From Azolla caroliniana (lineage: Eukaryota > Plantae > Polypodiophyta), in the NCBI GenBank assembly GCA_043228905.1, contig JBHGNT010000006.1:5332001-5396000 (forward strand): DNA of 64,000 nt, read 5' to 3'. A program made the position numbers and the translations under genes. Under the pieces are notes generated by a model. The model made no database searches. It was not told where the DNA came from and saw only the letters and a program-made list of their open reading frames with translations. Positions 14,007 to 25,782 of this stretch are shown one piece after another (position 1 is the first letter of the stretch; every line of letters starts with the position of its first letter).

Positions 14007-16609
14007 TAAACACACAAAAATACGATTGGGGCAAAAAGATGATTTATATTATATGAAGATCTCCTAAACACACAAAAACACGATTGGGACAAAAAGATGA
14101 TTTATATTATATGAAGAGATACAAGCTTACATCAATCCCAAGTAGGAACAAAACAAAAACGAGGTTGGGACGAGTCGGGATCGAATTGGGACTTGACCAA
14201 GGCTCGTTGGGACAACCTCCCTGTAAAGAATCAAGAGATGGATTCTTGTGAAGCGGAAGAGATATGAGTTATGTGTGTGTATGAGAGAGAGAGAGAGAGT
14301 GAGAGACAAGGAATACGTAAGGTAAAAAAGAGAAAGACTCAACATTATACAAGGTGGGAGGAGGGTGCTTTATGTAGTCACCCTCTCTCTTCATTAACTA
14401 CAAGCCTCATGGAGCATGGGGAATGTGAAAGCTCATAAGTTATGTGTCATAGAATATGATTCTATGACTCATACTAAATGCTAGAATACAAAGTGGTGAC
14501 ATAATGGTGACTCTTGACCGTTGGAGTGTCTCTTCACTCTCAAGGTGAGTTCACACACTAGACCAAGTTGAGCTTGATTCTCAACACTCCCAAAAAGATG
14601 TTGAGGGACTAGAGTGTTTCAAAGGTTACAAAAGGAGAGAGTAGAACTCAGAGATCGAGAAGCTCCGCCTTATATAAGCCAACATAGGGCCATTGGACTA
14701 GTCGTTGGGGCTAGCTCTTGGGTAGTCCATTGGGATTGGTTTTCCCAACCTAGGGTGGCACCCCTTTTGGGACAAGGACTGGGTTCCTTTGTGAGTCCCA
14801 ATTCAGATTGGGATTGCATCCTAGTTGGGACAAGACAAGAGCACCACATTCATCGGGGTGTCGTTGGGGCTAGCTCTTGGGTAGTCCATTGGGATTGGTT
14901 TTCCCAACCTAGGGTGGCACCCCTTTTGGGACAAGGACTGGGTTCCTTTGTGAGTCCCAATTCAGATTGGGATTGCATCCTAGTTGGGACAAGACAAGAG
15001 CACCACATTCATCGGGGTGTCGTGGAGGTTGAGTCCCATCAAGCTCAAAATTGTCCCAAGTTCCTTTGTTGTTTGGGATCATGCCTTGTTTCATTCAAGT
15101 CACCCTCAATCACCTTGCCTTTGTCTTTCTAGGACTTCCTCCCTTCTTGATCAAGCTTTCTATCTTTGGTCCATCTTCGATCCTTAGCCTCTCAGTCGTT
15201 TGCATGACTCCTTCTACCTCGAGGACATGTTTGACACTCATTGTCTCAAGTCGATCTTTCTTGATTGCCTCGGTTGGGAGACACCCAATTCCCAATCCTT
15301 GCTCGGTCTCACCCTTTAAGGGTCCTTGTGTCCCTTTTTCCTCCTTTGCATTGAGGCCATTGATCTTGGTTGGGACAACCTTGACTCCCAACTCTTGATT
15401 TCTGTTCTCTTGGGGTTCTTCACTCCATTTGGAAGAGCTTCCTTGGTCTTTATCGAACAACGATCGACGATCATAGTCCACAAAGGAAACAATGCAACCT
15501 AGAAGAATCACTCATATTAGTAATTTGAAGCATTAGTTTCCGATACTTAGACATATAAGTGTTGAGTTTGCTCGACTCTTGAGTTAGTTTTCTCCACTCA
15601 AATATGAACTTAAAAGGTTGATTTCGAGGAATAGAAATACTTCCTTATCCTTTGCGTGAAATCCTCCCAATCTTCGAAGGGTTCCCTTTGCTCTAGAAAT
15701 AAGTACCAATTGTACACATAGCTCTCGATGTATCAACTCACTACCTTCACCCATGCTCTTTGCTTCACCTCACTTTGCTCCAAAAGGCACTCCATGTTGC
15801 GGATTCACTTGTTAAGCATCAAGGGCTCCCTCGTTCCAACATACTCCCTCGGGGCTATCGACTTGTAGCTTCCAAAGTCATCCTCCTCATCGACCCTTTC
15901 TCTTTGGCTCCTTCTTCAAGTGGTGAGCTTCCTTCCTTCAAAATTTCCACGAGGATTTTTGCCAATTTGGCCAAAGCAATCTCCATAAGGTTCCCCTCCT
16001 GTCCGTGCCTCCTTGATTGCTTCTAATTTTGACTCTGATCTACTTTCCTCACCACACTCTCTTCTTTTGGTCATCTTCTCCCACCTTGGCCTTGCGTCTT
16101 TTCTCAACATGTGTTCTCGCTCTCATACTAAGTGTTATGGACCTAGATTATGGGGGTCTCCAAATGCACGAAAACATGCTTTGTGACAAAAAGATGTTTT
16201 ATATTATATGAACAGATACAAGCTTACAATAGTCCCAAGTTGGCACAAACCAAAAAAGAGGTTGGGACAAGTCAAGACCAAGTTGGGACTCAACAATGAC
16301 TCGTTGGAAAAACCTACCAAAAAGATGATGAGGGACTAGAGTGTTTTATACGTTACAAAAGGAGAAAGTTGAACTCAAGGTCGAGAATCATCAAAATGAG
16401 GAGAAGCTCCTCCTTATATAGGCCAAGATATGGGCATTGGACTAGCCGTTGGGTAGTCTATTGGGAATACCCTTGGGATTGGCTATCCCAACCCAGGGTG
16501 GCGCCCCTTTTAGGTCTAGGATTGGGACTGAGACTAGGACTAGGTCCCTTTGTGAGTCCTAGTTCAGGTTGGGACTACGTCCCGGTTGGGACAAGACATG
16601 AGCACCACA
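14007..16609 (-). mobile_element. Degenerate non-autonomous LTR element (element E)
   Basis: Right LTR ~16133-16609. Left LTR ~14060-15007 is truncated, has a 159-bp internal tandem duplication (14701-15018) and holds a nested solo LTR. Degenerate tRNA-iMet PBS gctctcatacta at 16119-16130 (minus strand TAGTATGAGAGC). No recognisable pol. Confidence 0.7.
14222..14586 (-). mobile_element. Copia solo LTR (same family as 20506-20903)
   Basis: Reverse complement of the Copia B1 LTR, with TG..CA ends and a perfect 5-bp TSD CTCCC (14217-14221 / 14587-14591). Confidence 0.93.
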
Positions 16610-16625
16610 CACACACACACACACA

Positions 16626-16682
<57 letters not shown>

Positions 16683-17341
16683 TATTTTTGTAAATAATTA
16701 CTTTCATTACAAAAGAAAAAACATGCCACCATGATTGACTTACAACAAAGTATCGAACCCTTATAAGGAACTAAATACTAACTACAATATAAACTTGATT
16801 CCACCCTACTCACCAATTCACATGTCAAATACGATGATACCTGACCTTACAAAGTTCTCCCTCTTCATGATTGAGATTTCTTACTTCTTTCACACTTTCA
16901 ATTGCCACAAAAGAATTTATTTTAACTTTATGACATATATTCTCACCCCCAATCAAAGTGAAGACATTCCATATAGTCCAATTGAACCATAACCCCCAAT
17001 ACCTCAAGAACTCAAATGTAATTTGTAAACGAGGCATCGATTCACTATAATTCTCCATGTGTGCAAAAACCCAATAGCTAGTTAAAGACATCCACACTAA
17101 ATTGATACACCTCCAAACCATTCTAGCCATCAGCCATGAAAGAAATTGATGCCTACTATGTTCCAATTGCACCGAACAAAAGAAACACATTCCTCTAGCA
17201 ATTTTGTTAAGTATCCAACACTTAGCACGCCTATTGTGGATATTGTGGTGCCAACACCAGACATTGAGCTCAACCAACCTTATAAAAAAGAGGGATAGAA
17301 CAAACCAAAGAGGACACAATGTAGGCCAATGCGCAACCTAG

Positions 17342-17693
17342 TGTGAAAGGGAGACAATTGCCTTGTAAAAAAGCTATAAAAGCCACGTTTTGGTGGCTTT
17401 GAGAGCTCTTCATGATTCTTAGGGTTTCTCCCTTTTCATTAGTACACTAAGAGCTACTCTTCTATCTACTTAATCCCTCATTAGAGTTAAGAGAGGTTTG
17501 GGTTAAGAGCTAAGTAAGTTGAACCCTAACCTCCTCCTCTTGTATGGTGCTAAACCTCTTTGTATTAAGAACTGGTATTAATGATCATATATCTTCTTTG
17601 TGTAAGAGAGAGTAAAGCAAGGGAGAGAGTAAGTACTAATAGGTAAATGTTAAGAAGCTAGTAGCTCTAAGGTGGTTGATAACCACCGAATCA
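17342..17693 (+). mobile_element. Solo LTR (unassigned family)
   Basis: TGTGA...AATCA termini, TATA-like ctataaaag, and TSD CCTAG/CCTAA. Confidence 0.75.
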
Positions 17694-17990
17694 CCTAATT
17701 CACCATCAAAAAGGGTATATGTCGGTCCAACTAAAGGTCAATGACATCAACGAGAGTCATAACTCCATCGATCTATAGATACGTTCCGTGAGGTACACGG
17801 AAATGACACAAATGTTTCTTTTTTATTAAAGCATCACCCAATGGTAAAGGTCTAACCATAACTCTCCAAATGAATACCTTAGCTTGTAGCATCAATCGAG
17901 AACACCAACTTGCCTTGATCACATGAAACCACCAAGTAATGGGCTTACGAGAACCCCATATCGTTGTAACCCTTTCTTCCATCCACTTAT

Positions 17991-18386
17991 TGTCATGGAC
18001 GAGTAGACGAGGCTAAATACTAAGAGAGAGATAGAGATAGCATAGACAAGAGAGCAAGAAAGAGAGAGAGAAAATAGTCAAGAGGGCAAGAACTGAATTA
18101 TGCTTTCATAACTGGTGTTGTTCACCTTGATTGTAATCAAGGTGCACCTGAGTATTTATACAAGAATGTGGAGATATACATGTAAGCTAGCAAACATCTA
18201 GAGAGTGCATGAAGATGCATTCTCTAGAAGTTTCTTGAAAGATCTAGTGATTAACCTACAATGTAATAAGTTGAATCTTATACAATATTATAATGCATAG
18301 ATGGATGTAACTCAATTGGTAAGGTTACCCAACGAGACCAGGAGGTCATGGGTTCAACTCCCTTACATTCCATCGTGTCCATTACA
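17991..18386 (-). repeat. 3' LTR of element A containing a tRNA-like sequence (18303-18371)
   Basis: TG..CA termini; homologous to ~34993-35128 plus 40422-40666. Confidence 0.88.
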
Positions 18387-19888
18387 TTATCCTCCCTTTA
18401 AGGACGTTTCCTAGGACCTAAGATCGGCTTATGTGGGTATCGTTGATGAAAATCGTGAATGGCCTCTACAACATTTTGTAAATGTGTAACCGGTTCCCAT
18501 GTGGCGTCCGAAATGGGGTAACCTTTCCATAAGAACAAATATTGGAGTTATCAACGATGATAGCGGGAGTTGAGGATTTGGTCACCTTCATATTCTTCCC
18601 CGTCGACAATTCCACAGGTGGTGGTGGAGGAGGTTGTCGTCCCGGAATTCGAGAAGGATGGTAGAGTTCGAGGAGGGAAACGTGAAAAACATCGTTGATC
18701 CTAAATGTTGAAGGAAGTGCTAGACGGAAGGCGACTAGTTTGATCCACTCGATGATATGGAAGGGGCCTAGCCTTTTGTAGTTCAAATTTGCACAAGGAC
18801 GTGTGGTGGCGATGTGGCGACGTAACAACCAAACCTTGTCCCCGACTGCAAATGTTGGTGCAACCAAGCGATGTTGGTCCACCTGATCTTTATATTGGTC
18901 GCTAGCGACACGGAGCTCTAGGGAGAGGTCACTATGGACATCGTGTAAAGTGCGGGCACACATCTCTGCCGAAGGATTGACTGAAGTTGCAGGTATGGAA
19001 ATGTTGAAACAAGGGTGAAATCCATAGTTTGCAAAGAAGGGGGAAACCTTAGTCGAAGCATGGATACTATTATTGTAGGCAAATTCCGCCATTGCAAGGA
19101 AGTTCACCCAATCCTCTTGTTGGTGGCTCATGGTACATGAAAGATATTGTTCGAGAATTTGTTTGACCAATGACTCGTTCGGTTTGTCCATTAGTTTGAG
19201 GATGGTATGCTGATGAAAAGTTTACAGAAGTCTCGAATGTCTGCAGAAGTCGTCACCAAAAGTGGGAAATGAATTGAGAACCTCGATCAGAGGTGATATC
19301 CTCAAGTAAGCCGTGTAATCGAACAACATTTTTAAGACAAAGATCAATTGTCTCTTCTTCGGAAATGGTTTTGGAACATGGGACAAAGTGAGTCATCTTC
19401 GAAAACCGATCAACAATTTCTAGCACTATGTCATGGCCACCAACCAGAGGAAGGTCGGTTATAAAGTCCATGGATAGAGAGGCCCATGGTCGACTTGGAA
19501 TTGGGAGCGGGTGGAGAAGGCCGTATGGACCAAGCACATACATCACATGTCTTGATAAATTCCTTGACAAATTTCCAAGGTTGGGGCTTCCAAAACCCCC
19601 GAGATAGCAACTCTAGGGTTTTCGTGACCCCAAAGTGGATGACAAGAGGATCATCATGACAGTTTTGTATTACCCGTGTACGACATGATCCTTCGGGAAC
19701 AAATAGGAGATGATTATGATATAGTAACCCATCCCAAATTTTAAATTGGTTGAGATATGAGCTTTTCATGTCTGGGGATGGGTCATTGATGTGGGCCATG
19801 ATGTCTTTGGCGAATGGGTATGACATGGTTGCCGTGGCGATCTCGTCAAGAGCAAAGAATCATCATGCAACATGCAGGTGGTGAACAT
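18387..19888 (-). pseudogene. Gypsy integrase/chromodomain remnant of element A
   Basis: ORF fragments 19431-19826, 19253-19570 and 18466-19191 carry the zinc-binding region, the rve core (SMDFITDLP, ITSDRGSQF) and a GPF motif; frameshifted. Confidence 0.9.
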
Positions 19889-20134
19889 TAGCGATGGGCT
19901 TGGTTCGGTTTCTTGGTCTTGAAACCAAACCAAACCATTTATTAATAATAAAAACCGAACCAAACTATTTTAAAATTTATGAAGCCATTTAAACCGAACC
20001 GTTTAGAGCCGAACCGTTAAACTAAACCATTTAAAGAATAGGAAAAACCAAACTGTTTACGAAAAATTTAAAACCAAACCAAACCAGTTTATCATAAATC
20101 AAAACCAAACCAAACCAAACCAATTTTTATTGAT

Positions 20135-20370
20135 ATTAATCATCATACTTATTATAAATTATCATAAATTTATTCATCATACTCATCATAAAATTTGTCA
20201 TTATACTTATCATAAAATTTGTCATCATACTTATCATAAATTTGGTCATCATACTTATCATAAATTTGATCATTATACTTATCATAAATTTGATCATTAT
20301 ACTTATCATAAATTTGATCATTATACTTATCATAAATTTGATCATTATACTTATCATAATTGATTATCAT
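20135..20370. repeat. 24-bp minisatellite (gatcattatacttatcataaattt)n inside the hAT MITE
   Basis: About 9-10 units, which produce the periodic HKFDHYTY/YDKY ORFs. Confidence 0.92.
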
Positions 20371-21063
20371 AAATAAAAAGGAGACTCTACATATAATACA
20401 TATAAAATTTAATAAGTTAAAACAAGAGTTTAAAATTAAAAGTTGAAAGTTAGAGCCTATAGAGAATATTTATGAGTATACTTTAACCTATAAACCTTTA
20501 AACCGTGTTGAGAATCAAGCTCAACTTGGTCTAGTGTGTGAACTCACCTTGAGAGTGAAGAGACACTCCAACGGTCAAGAGTCACCACTGTGACACCACT
20601 TTGTATTCTAGCATTTAGTATGAGTCATAGAATCATATTCTATGACACATAACTTATGAGCTTTCACATTCCCCATGCTCCATGAGGCTTGTAGTTAATG
20701 AAGAGAGAGGGTGACTACATAAAGCACCTTCCTCCCACCTTGTATAATGTCGAGTCTTTCTCCATTGCCGATATACTTTACCTTGCGTATTCTCTGTGTA
20801 TTACTCCTTGTCTCTCTCACTCTCACTCACTCTCTCTCTCTCTCATACACACACAATTCACACCTATTCTGCTTCATAAGAATCCATCTCTTAATTCTTT
20901 ACATGGTATCAGAGTGAGGTTGGTAGCTCAATCTAGCTCATTCGCCTCATCGTGATCGTGTGTTGTGCTCTACGCCGATGACCAAGAACCGGCTCATCGC
21001 TATCGTAGCTTCGCTACATAGCTCGCATTCGAAGAGAGAAGAAGAAGAAGAAGAATCGATATA

Positions 21064-24000
21064 ATGAATACTCAAATGGGGAGTGCTCTCCCTATCGAGA
21101 AGTTGGATCGAAACAACTTCGCATCTTGGGAGTACAAGATGCACCAATACCTTGTCGGACAAGGCTATTGGAGCTACATCAAAGGAGCGCATGAAGATCG
21201 ACCCGCCGAAGCGGCTCCCAAATACGCGACATGGGAGCAAGCCACAAGCCGCAAGCCGCGTGATGTATTGTTTGGCGACATGTGTTCACGACCACATGCT
21301 CGGTTACATTCGAGAAGCCAAGACGCCGAAGGAAGCGTGGGAAAATCTACGAAAGATTTTCGCCGCCAACACGACCGCGAGGAAGCTTCAACTCTGCCAA
21401 GAGTTGAACAACATTCAACAAAGGGATATGTCCATCACGACATACACCTTGAAGATCAAGTAGCTTTGCGACTCGCTCGGCATAAGTATAGATGATGATG
21501 ATGAGATGGTGCAAATATGCCTTGGCGGCCTCGCACCACGGTTTGGCGCGATGCGAACCGCCGTTCTAGCACGGGAGAAATCTCCCTCCTTCTTTGAGCT
21601 CCAATCAATGCTATTGGTCAAAGAAAACCACGTGCGTACAAGGAGCAATGAGTCGGAAGGCCACATGCTCTACACGCACTCTAATGGAGGAAGAGGATGC
21701 GGACGAGTGAGAGGCTGATTCGGCCAAGGACAAGGCGGACGAGGTCCGACCTATGACTACAACTCCCAATTTTGGCCGCAAAACGGAGGCCAACGAGGAA
21801 CCTTCGCAAGAAGGGGGAGCTTCCACTCCGGCCCGAGCCGTCAAAACGCAACCGAATGCGGATATTGCGGAAAGCTCGGCCACCACGAAGAAGAGTGCCG
21901 AAAGAAGATGCGTGAATCGGCTTCCACAAGCCGACAACTCACGAATTACGCACACAATTCCGACTACGAAGAGTATAACGGAATGTACGGGCACAACTCC
22001 GACTATGAGGATCGTGGCGGAATGTACGCATACAACTCCGACCGTGGCGGAATGTTCATGATGAAATATAGAGCAAAGTCTATGTCGGCCTCTACCTCAA
22101 CTAGTGCCCTCAATCCGGAGGACGTATGGTTTGTTGACTCCGGAGCCTCAAACCATATGACATCCCACAAAGAATGGTTTCTCGAACTTCGAGAGCCGGA
22201 GCGACCCGGTTATGTCGAAACCGGAGATGACACTACGCACCCAATTCGGCACATCGGCAATGTTCCTTTCGGCGAAAGAGGTAAGCAAACATACATTAAA
22301 AATGTCTTGCATGTTCCCACCATCACAAAGAATTTGGTCTCGGTTGGCCAAATGGTTGAGCAAGGGATGCAAGTACGATTCGACCAAGAAGGGTGCTTCA
22401 TCGAAAAAGAAGGCCGAATCATCACACTCGGAAGAAGAGAGGGTCGGATGTTCATTCTCGATTCGCACGAGATGAAATTCGCCATGTTCGCGAAAAGCAC
22501 GAAAGCCGACTCCGACATAGGGCTATGGCATAAGCGAATCGGCCACATCAATCTCAACAAACTCAAAGCAATGAAGTCGAAAATAGTCGTCATCGGACTC
22601 CCGACATTCAAAGAGAAGGAGATTGAAGGTGTATGCGAAGCGTGCCAATTTGGCAAGCAACACCGACACCCATTCCCGAAGGAGTGGAATGTGAGCAAAG
22701 GTGTACTTGATGTAATTCATTCCGATGTATGGGGTCCGGCCCAAACGGCGACATTCGGTGGATGCTGGTATTACGTGCTCTTCATCGACGACTTTTCTAG
22801 GCACACTTGGATCTACCCAATGCGGCAAAAGAGCGAAGTGTTCGGACACTTCCAAAATTTCAAGAATGAAGTCGAGAAAGACACGGGTCGACATGTACGA
22901 TGCCTTCGATCGGATGGCGGCAAGGAGTACTTCTCAGACGATTTCACGACGTATCTCCGAAAGGAAGGAATTCGACGAAAATTCACTTGCCGACACACTC
23001 CGCAACAAAACGGAGTAGCCGAGCGCAAAAATCGGCACATCCTCGAAGTAGCGCGGGCCATGATGAACGAGAAGCATATGCCAAAGTAATATTGGGCCGA
23101 AGCGGCAAATACAACCGTCTACCTAATGAACCAATGCACAACATCCGGCGTGCACGAGGTCACTCCGCACGAAAGATTCTTCGGAAAGAAGCCGAACCTA
23201 TCACATGTTCGGATATTCGGCTCCATTGCATACGTGCACATCCCCGACGAGAAGCGTCACAAGCTCGACCCGAAGTCGGAGAAATGTATCCTCGTAGGAT
23301 ACTCACTGGAGCAAAAGGGGTACAAGTGCTACAACCCCTCAACTCGAAAATCTCGAGTAAGTCGAGACGTCGTTTTTGACGAGTCCGCATCCTGGTACGC
23401 ACTAGAGACAACTTCGCCTCTGCTCGACCCGGAATTTGCCGAACAAGAGATCGAGGATGAAGATCGCCCTATGCGCATGATCGAAGAAAGTCCGATCACG
23501 ACCCGACTGAGCGGACCACAAGAGCCTTTGAGCGATCAAAGCACATCACAGCCTAGCCCGAAGATGGACAAAGGCAAGGTGAAAATGGCAGAATATGAAG
23601 ACGATTGCCTCGACGACGATGAATCGACTAACTCACTCGACAGTGAGTTCGGCGGCTTCGATGTACCAATCAGAGCTAAGAAAGCCCTCATCTCACCAAA
23701 TGAAAAGCTCCGTCGCTCCACCTGTGAAAAGAACCCCGTCAACCGATTCGGCTACAACGATTATATGGCGTACCATTACGCCTTTATGATGAAGGTAGCA
23801 ACAGTACGAGAGCTGGAAACCTTTTCAGAAGCCGCGAAGGACCCGTGATGGATCGAAGCAATGAACGAGGAGATGCAGGCACTACGGAAGAACGAGATGT
23901 GGGATCTCGTTCCCACCTCACCACACAAAAAGGCGATTGGATGCAGATGAATCTACAAGGTGAAGTATAACGCCGATGGCTCCGTAAACCGCTACAAAGC

Positions 24001-25374
24001 TCGACTCATAGCGAAAGGATACGCTCAGACACATGGCGTCGACTACAAAGAGACATTTGCCCCGGTGGCAAAGATGACAACGGTGCGGACCGTAATTGCA
24101 CTTGCCGCGACGAAAGGGTGGCACCTCCATCAAATGGACATCAAGAACGCCTTTCTACAAGGCGAATTAGAAGAGGTGTACATGATCCAACCACCCAGCT
24201 TCAACTCGAGCACTCATCCAAAACCCGTATGCCGACTCAAGAAGCCACTCTACGGCCTCAAGCAAGCACCGCATGCTTGGCATTCGAAGATAACACAATA
24301 TCTTCGTCAAATCGGCTTCCGTATGTCAAAATCGGACAACTCCCTCTACATACGAAGCGAATCTGCAAGTTCGATCGTCATCATCTTATATGTGGATGAC
24401 CTAGTCATTGGAGGTGAACATCTCGTCGAAATCACTAAGGTCAAATCCCTCCTTTCCGACAAGTTCGAGATGACGGACATGAAAGAGCTCCACTACTTCC
24501 TCGGCATCGAGGTAATTCGGACTCCAACCGGAATCATGATCTCTCAACGGCACTACATCCTCAACTTGTTATACAAGTTCAGGATGGCTAAGTGCAAATC
24601 CGTGGCAACCCCGCTCGATCGTAATCTCAAACTAGATGCGAACTCCGGCACCAAAGCGTGTGAGCCGACTCAGTATCAACAACTCATCGGGAGTCTCATC
24701 TACCTCACGATCACTCGACCCGATCTCAGTTATCCGGTCGGTCTCCTTAGCCAATTCATGCAAACACCGCGTGATACTCACTTGGATTGCGCTAAGTGAG
24801 TTCTACGATACGTGAGCGGCACAATGGATTGCGGCATCCTCTACAAGACCGAAATGCCAATACGACTCGAGGGGTACACATATGCCGATTGGGCCGGCTA
24901 CAAAGTCGATAGAAGATCAACCTCCGGACTTGTTTTCTCCCTCGGCAGCGGAGCAATATCCTGGAGTAGCAAGAAGCAGCCTACCATCGCTCTTTCGAGT
25001 ATGGAGGCGGAATATAGGGGCGCAACCGTAGCTGTATGTGAAGCCATATGGCTTAAGAGGATTTTCAAGGATTTGGGCGTTCCCATCAAGGATCCGACTC
25101 CCCTTTAGTACGACAACATGAGCAGTATTTATCTGGCTCGGAACCCGGTATTCCACGCGCGGACAAAGCACATCGAAGTGCACTATCACTTCATCTGAGA
25201 GCGCGTTCTACCTGGCGATGTTGACCTACAACACATTAGCACCAATCTTCAAACGGCTGACATCTTCACTAAAGCCTTAGGAGCCGACAAGCTATGACAA
25301 TTCATGACCGATCTCGGATTGACGATCCCTGACCTGCCAAGCTTGAGGGGGAGTACTGAAGACACTACGCAATA
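21064..25374 (+). pseudogene. Copia gag-pol polyprotein (B1) with stops and frameshifts
   Basis: Gag (KLDRNNFASWEYKM), CCHC knuckle, protease WFVDSGASNHM, GAG-pre-integrase WHKRIGH, integrase HSDVWGP/RSDGGKEY/QQNGVAERKNR, RT YKARLIAKG/YVDD, RNase H ADWAG/EAEY/KHIEV. Confidence 0.95.
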
Positions 25375-25782
25375 ACGCGTAGATTCCACAACCGCGCACT
25401 ACGCAATAACGCGTGGATTCCGCAACCACGCAACAAAGCCGCGAAGAAAGACGCAAGCCGAAGCACAGACTTCGCAACTACGCATAACGCAAGCTGGAGC
25501 ATGGATTCCGCGACTCCGCATACATGCGAGTCGACACGAGTTGACGCGGACTCCAGAACGCGAGTTGATGCGGATTTTGGATACAGTCTGAAACCGACCC
25601 GACTTGAGCTTGAGGGGGCGTGTTGAGAATCAAGCTCAACTTGGTCTAGTGTGTGAACTCACCTTGAGAGTGAAGAGACACTCCAACGGTCAAGAGTCAC
25701 CACTATGTCACCACTTTGTATTCTAGCATTTAGTATGAGTCATAGAATCATATTCTATGACACATAACTTATGAGCTTTCAC

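Noticed and set aside
18303-18371. Functional tRNA gene
   Set aside because: The anticodon arm does not fold canonically, and the sequence is embedded in LTRs and SINE-like repeats.
20130-20370. His/Tyr-rich repeat proteins, or a CRISPR-like array
   Set aside because: The ORFs are by-products of a 24-bp minisatellite; there are no unique spacers and the context is eukaryotic.
25340-25620. Double PPT in Copia B1 as a novelty
   Set aside because: A purine tract at the end of pol plus one at the LTR is common in Copia elements and recurs in the relative at ~48970/49100.
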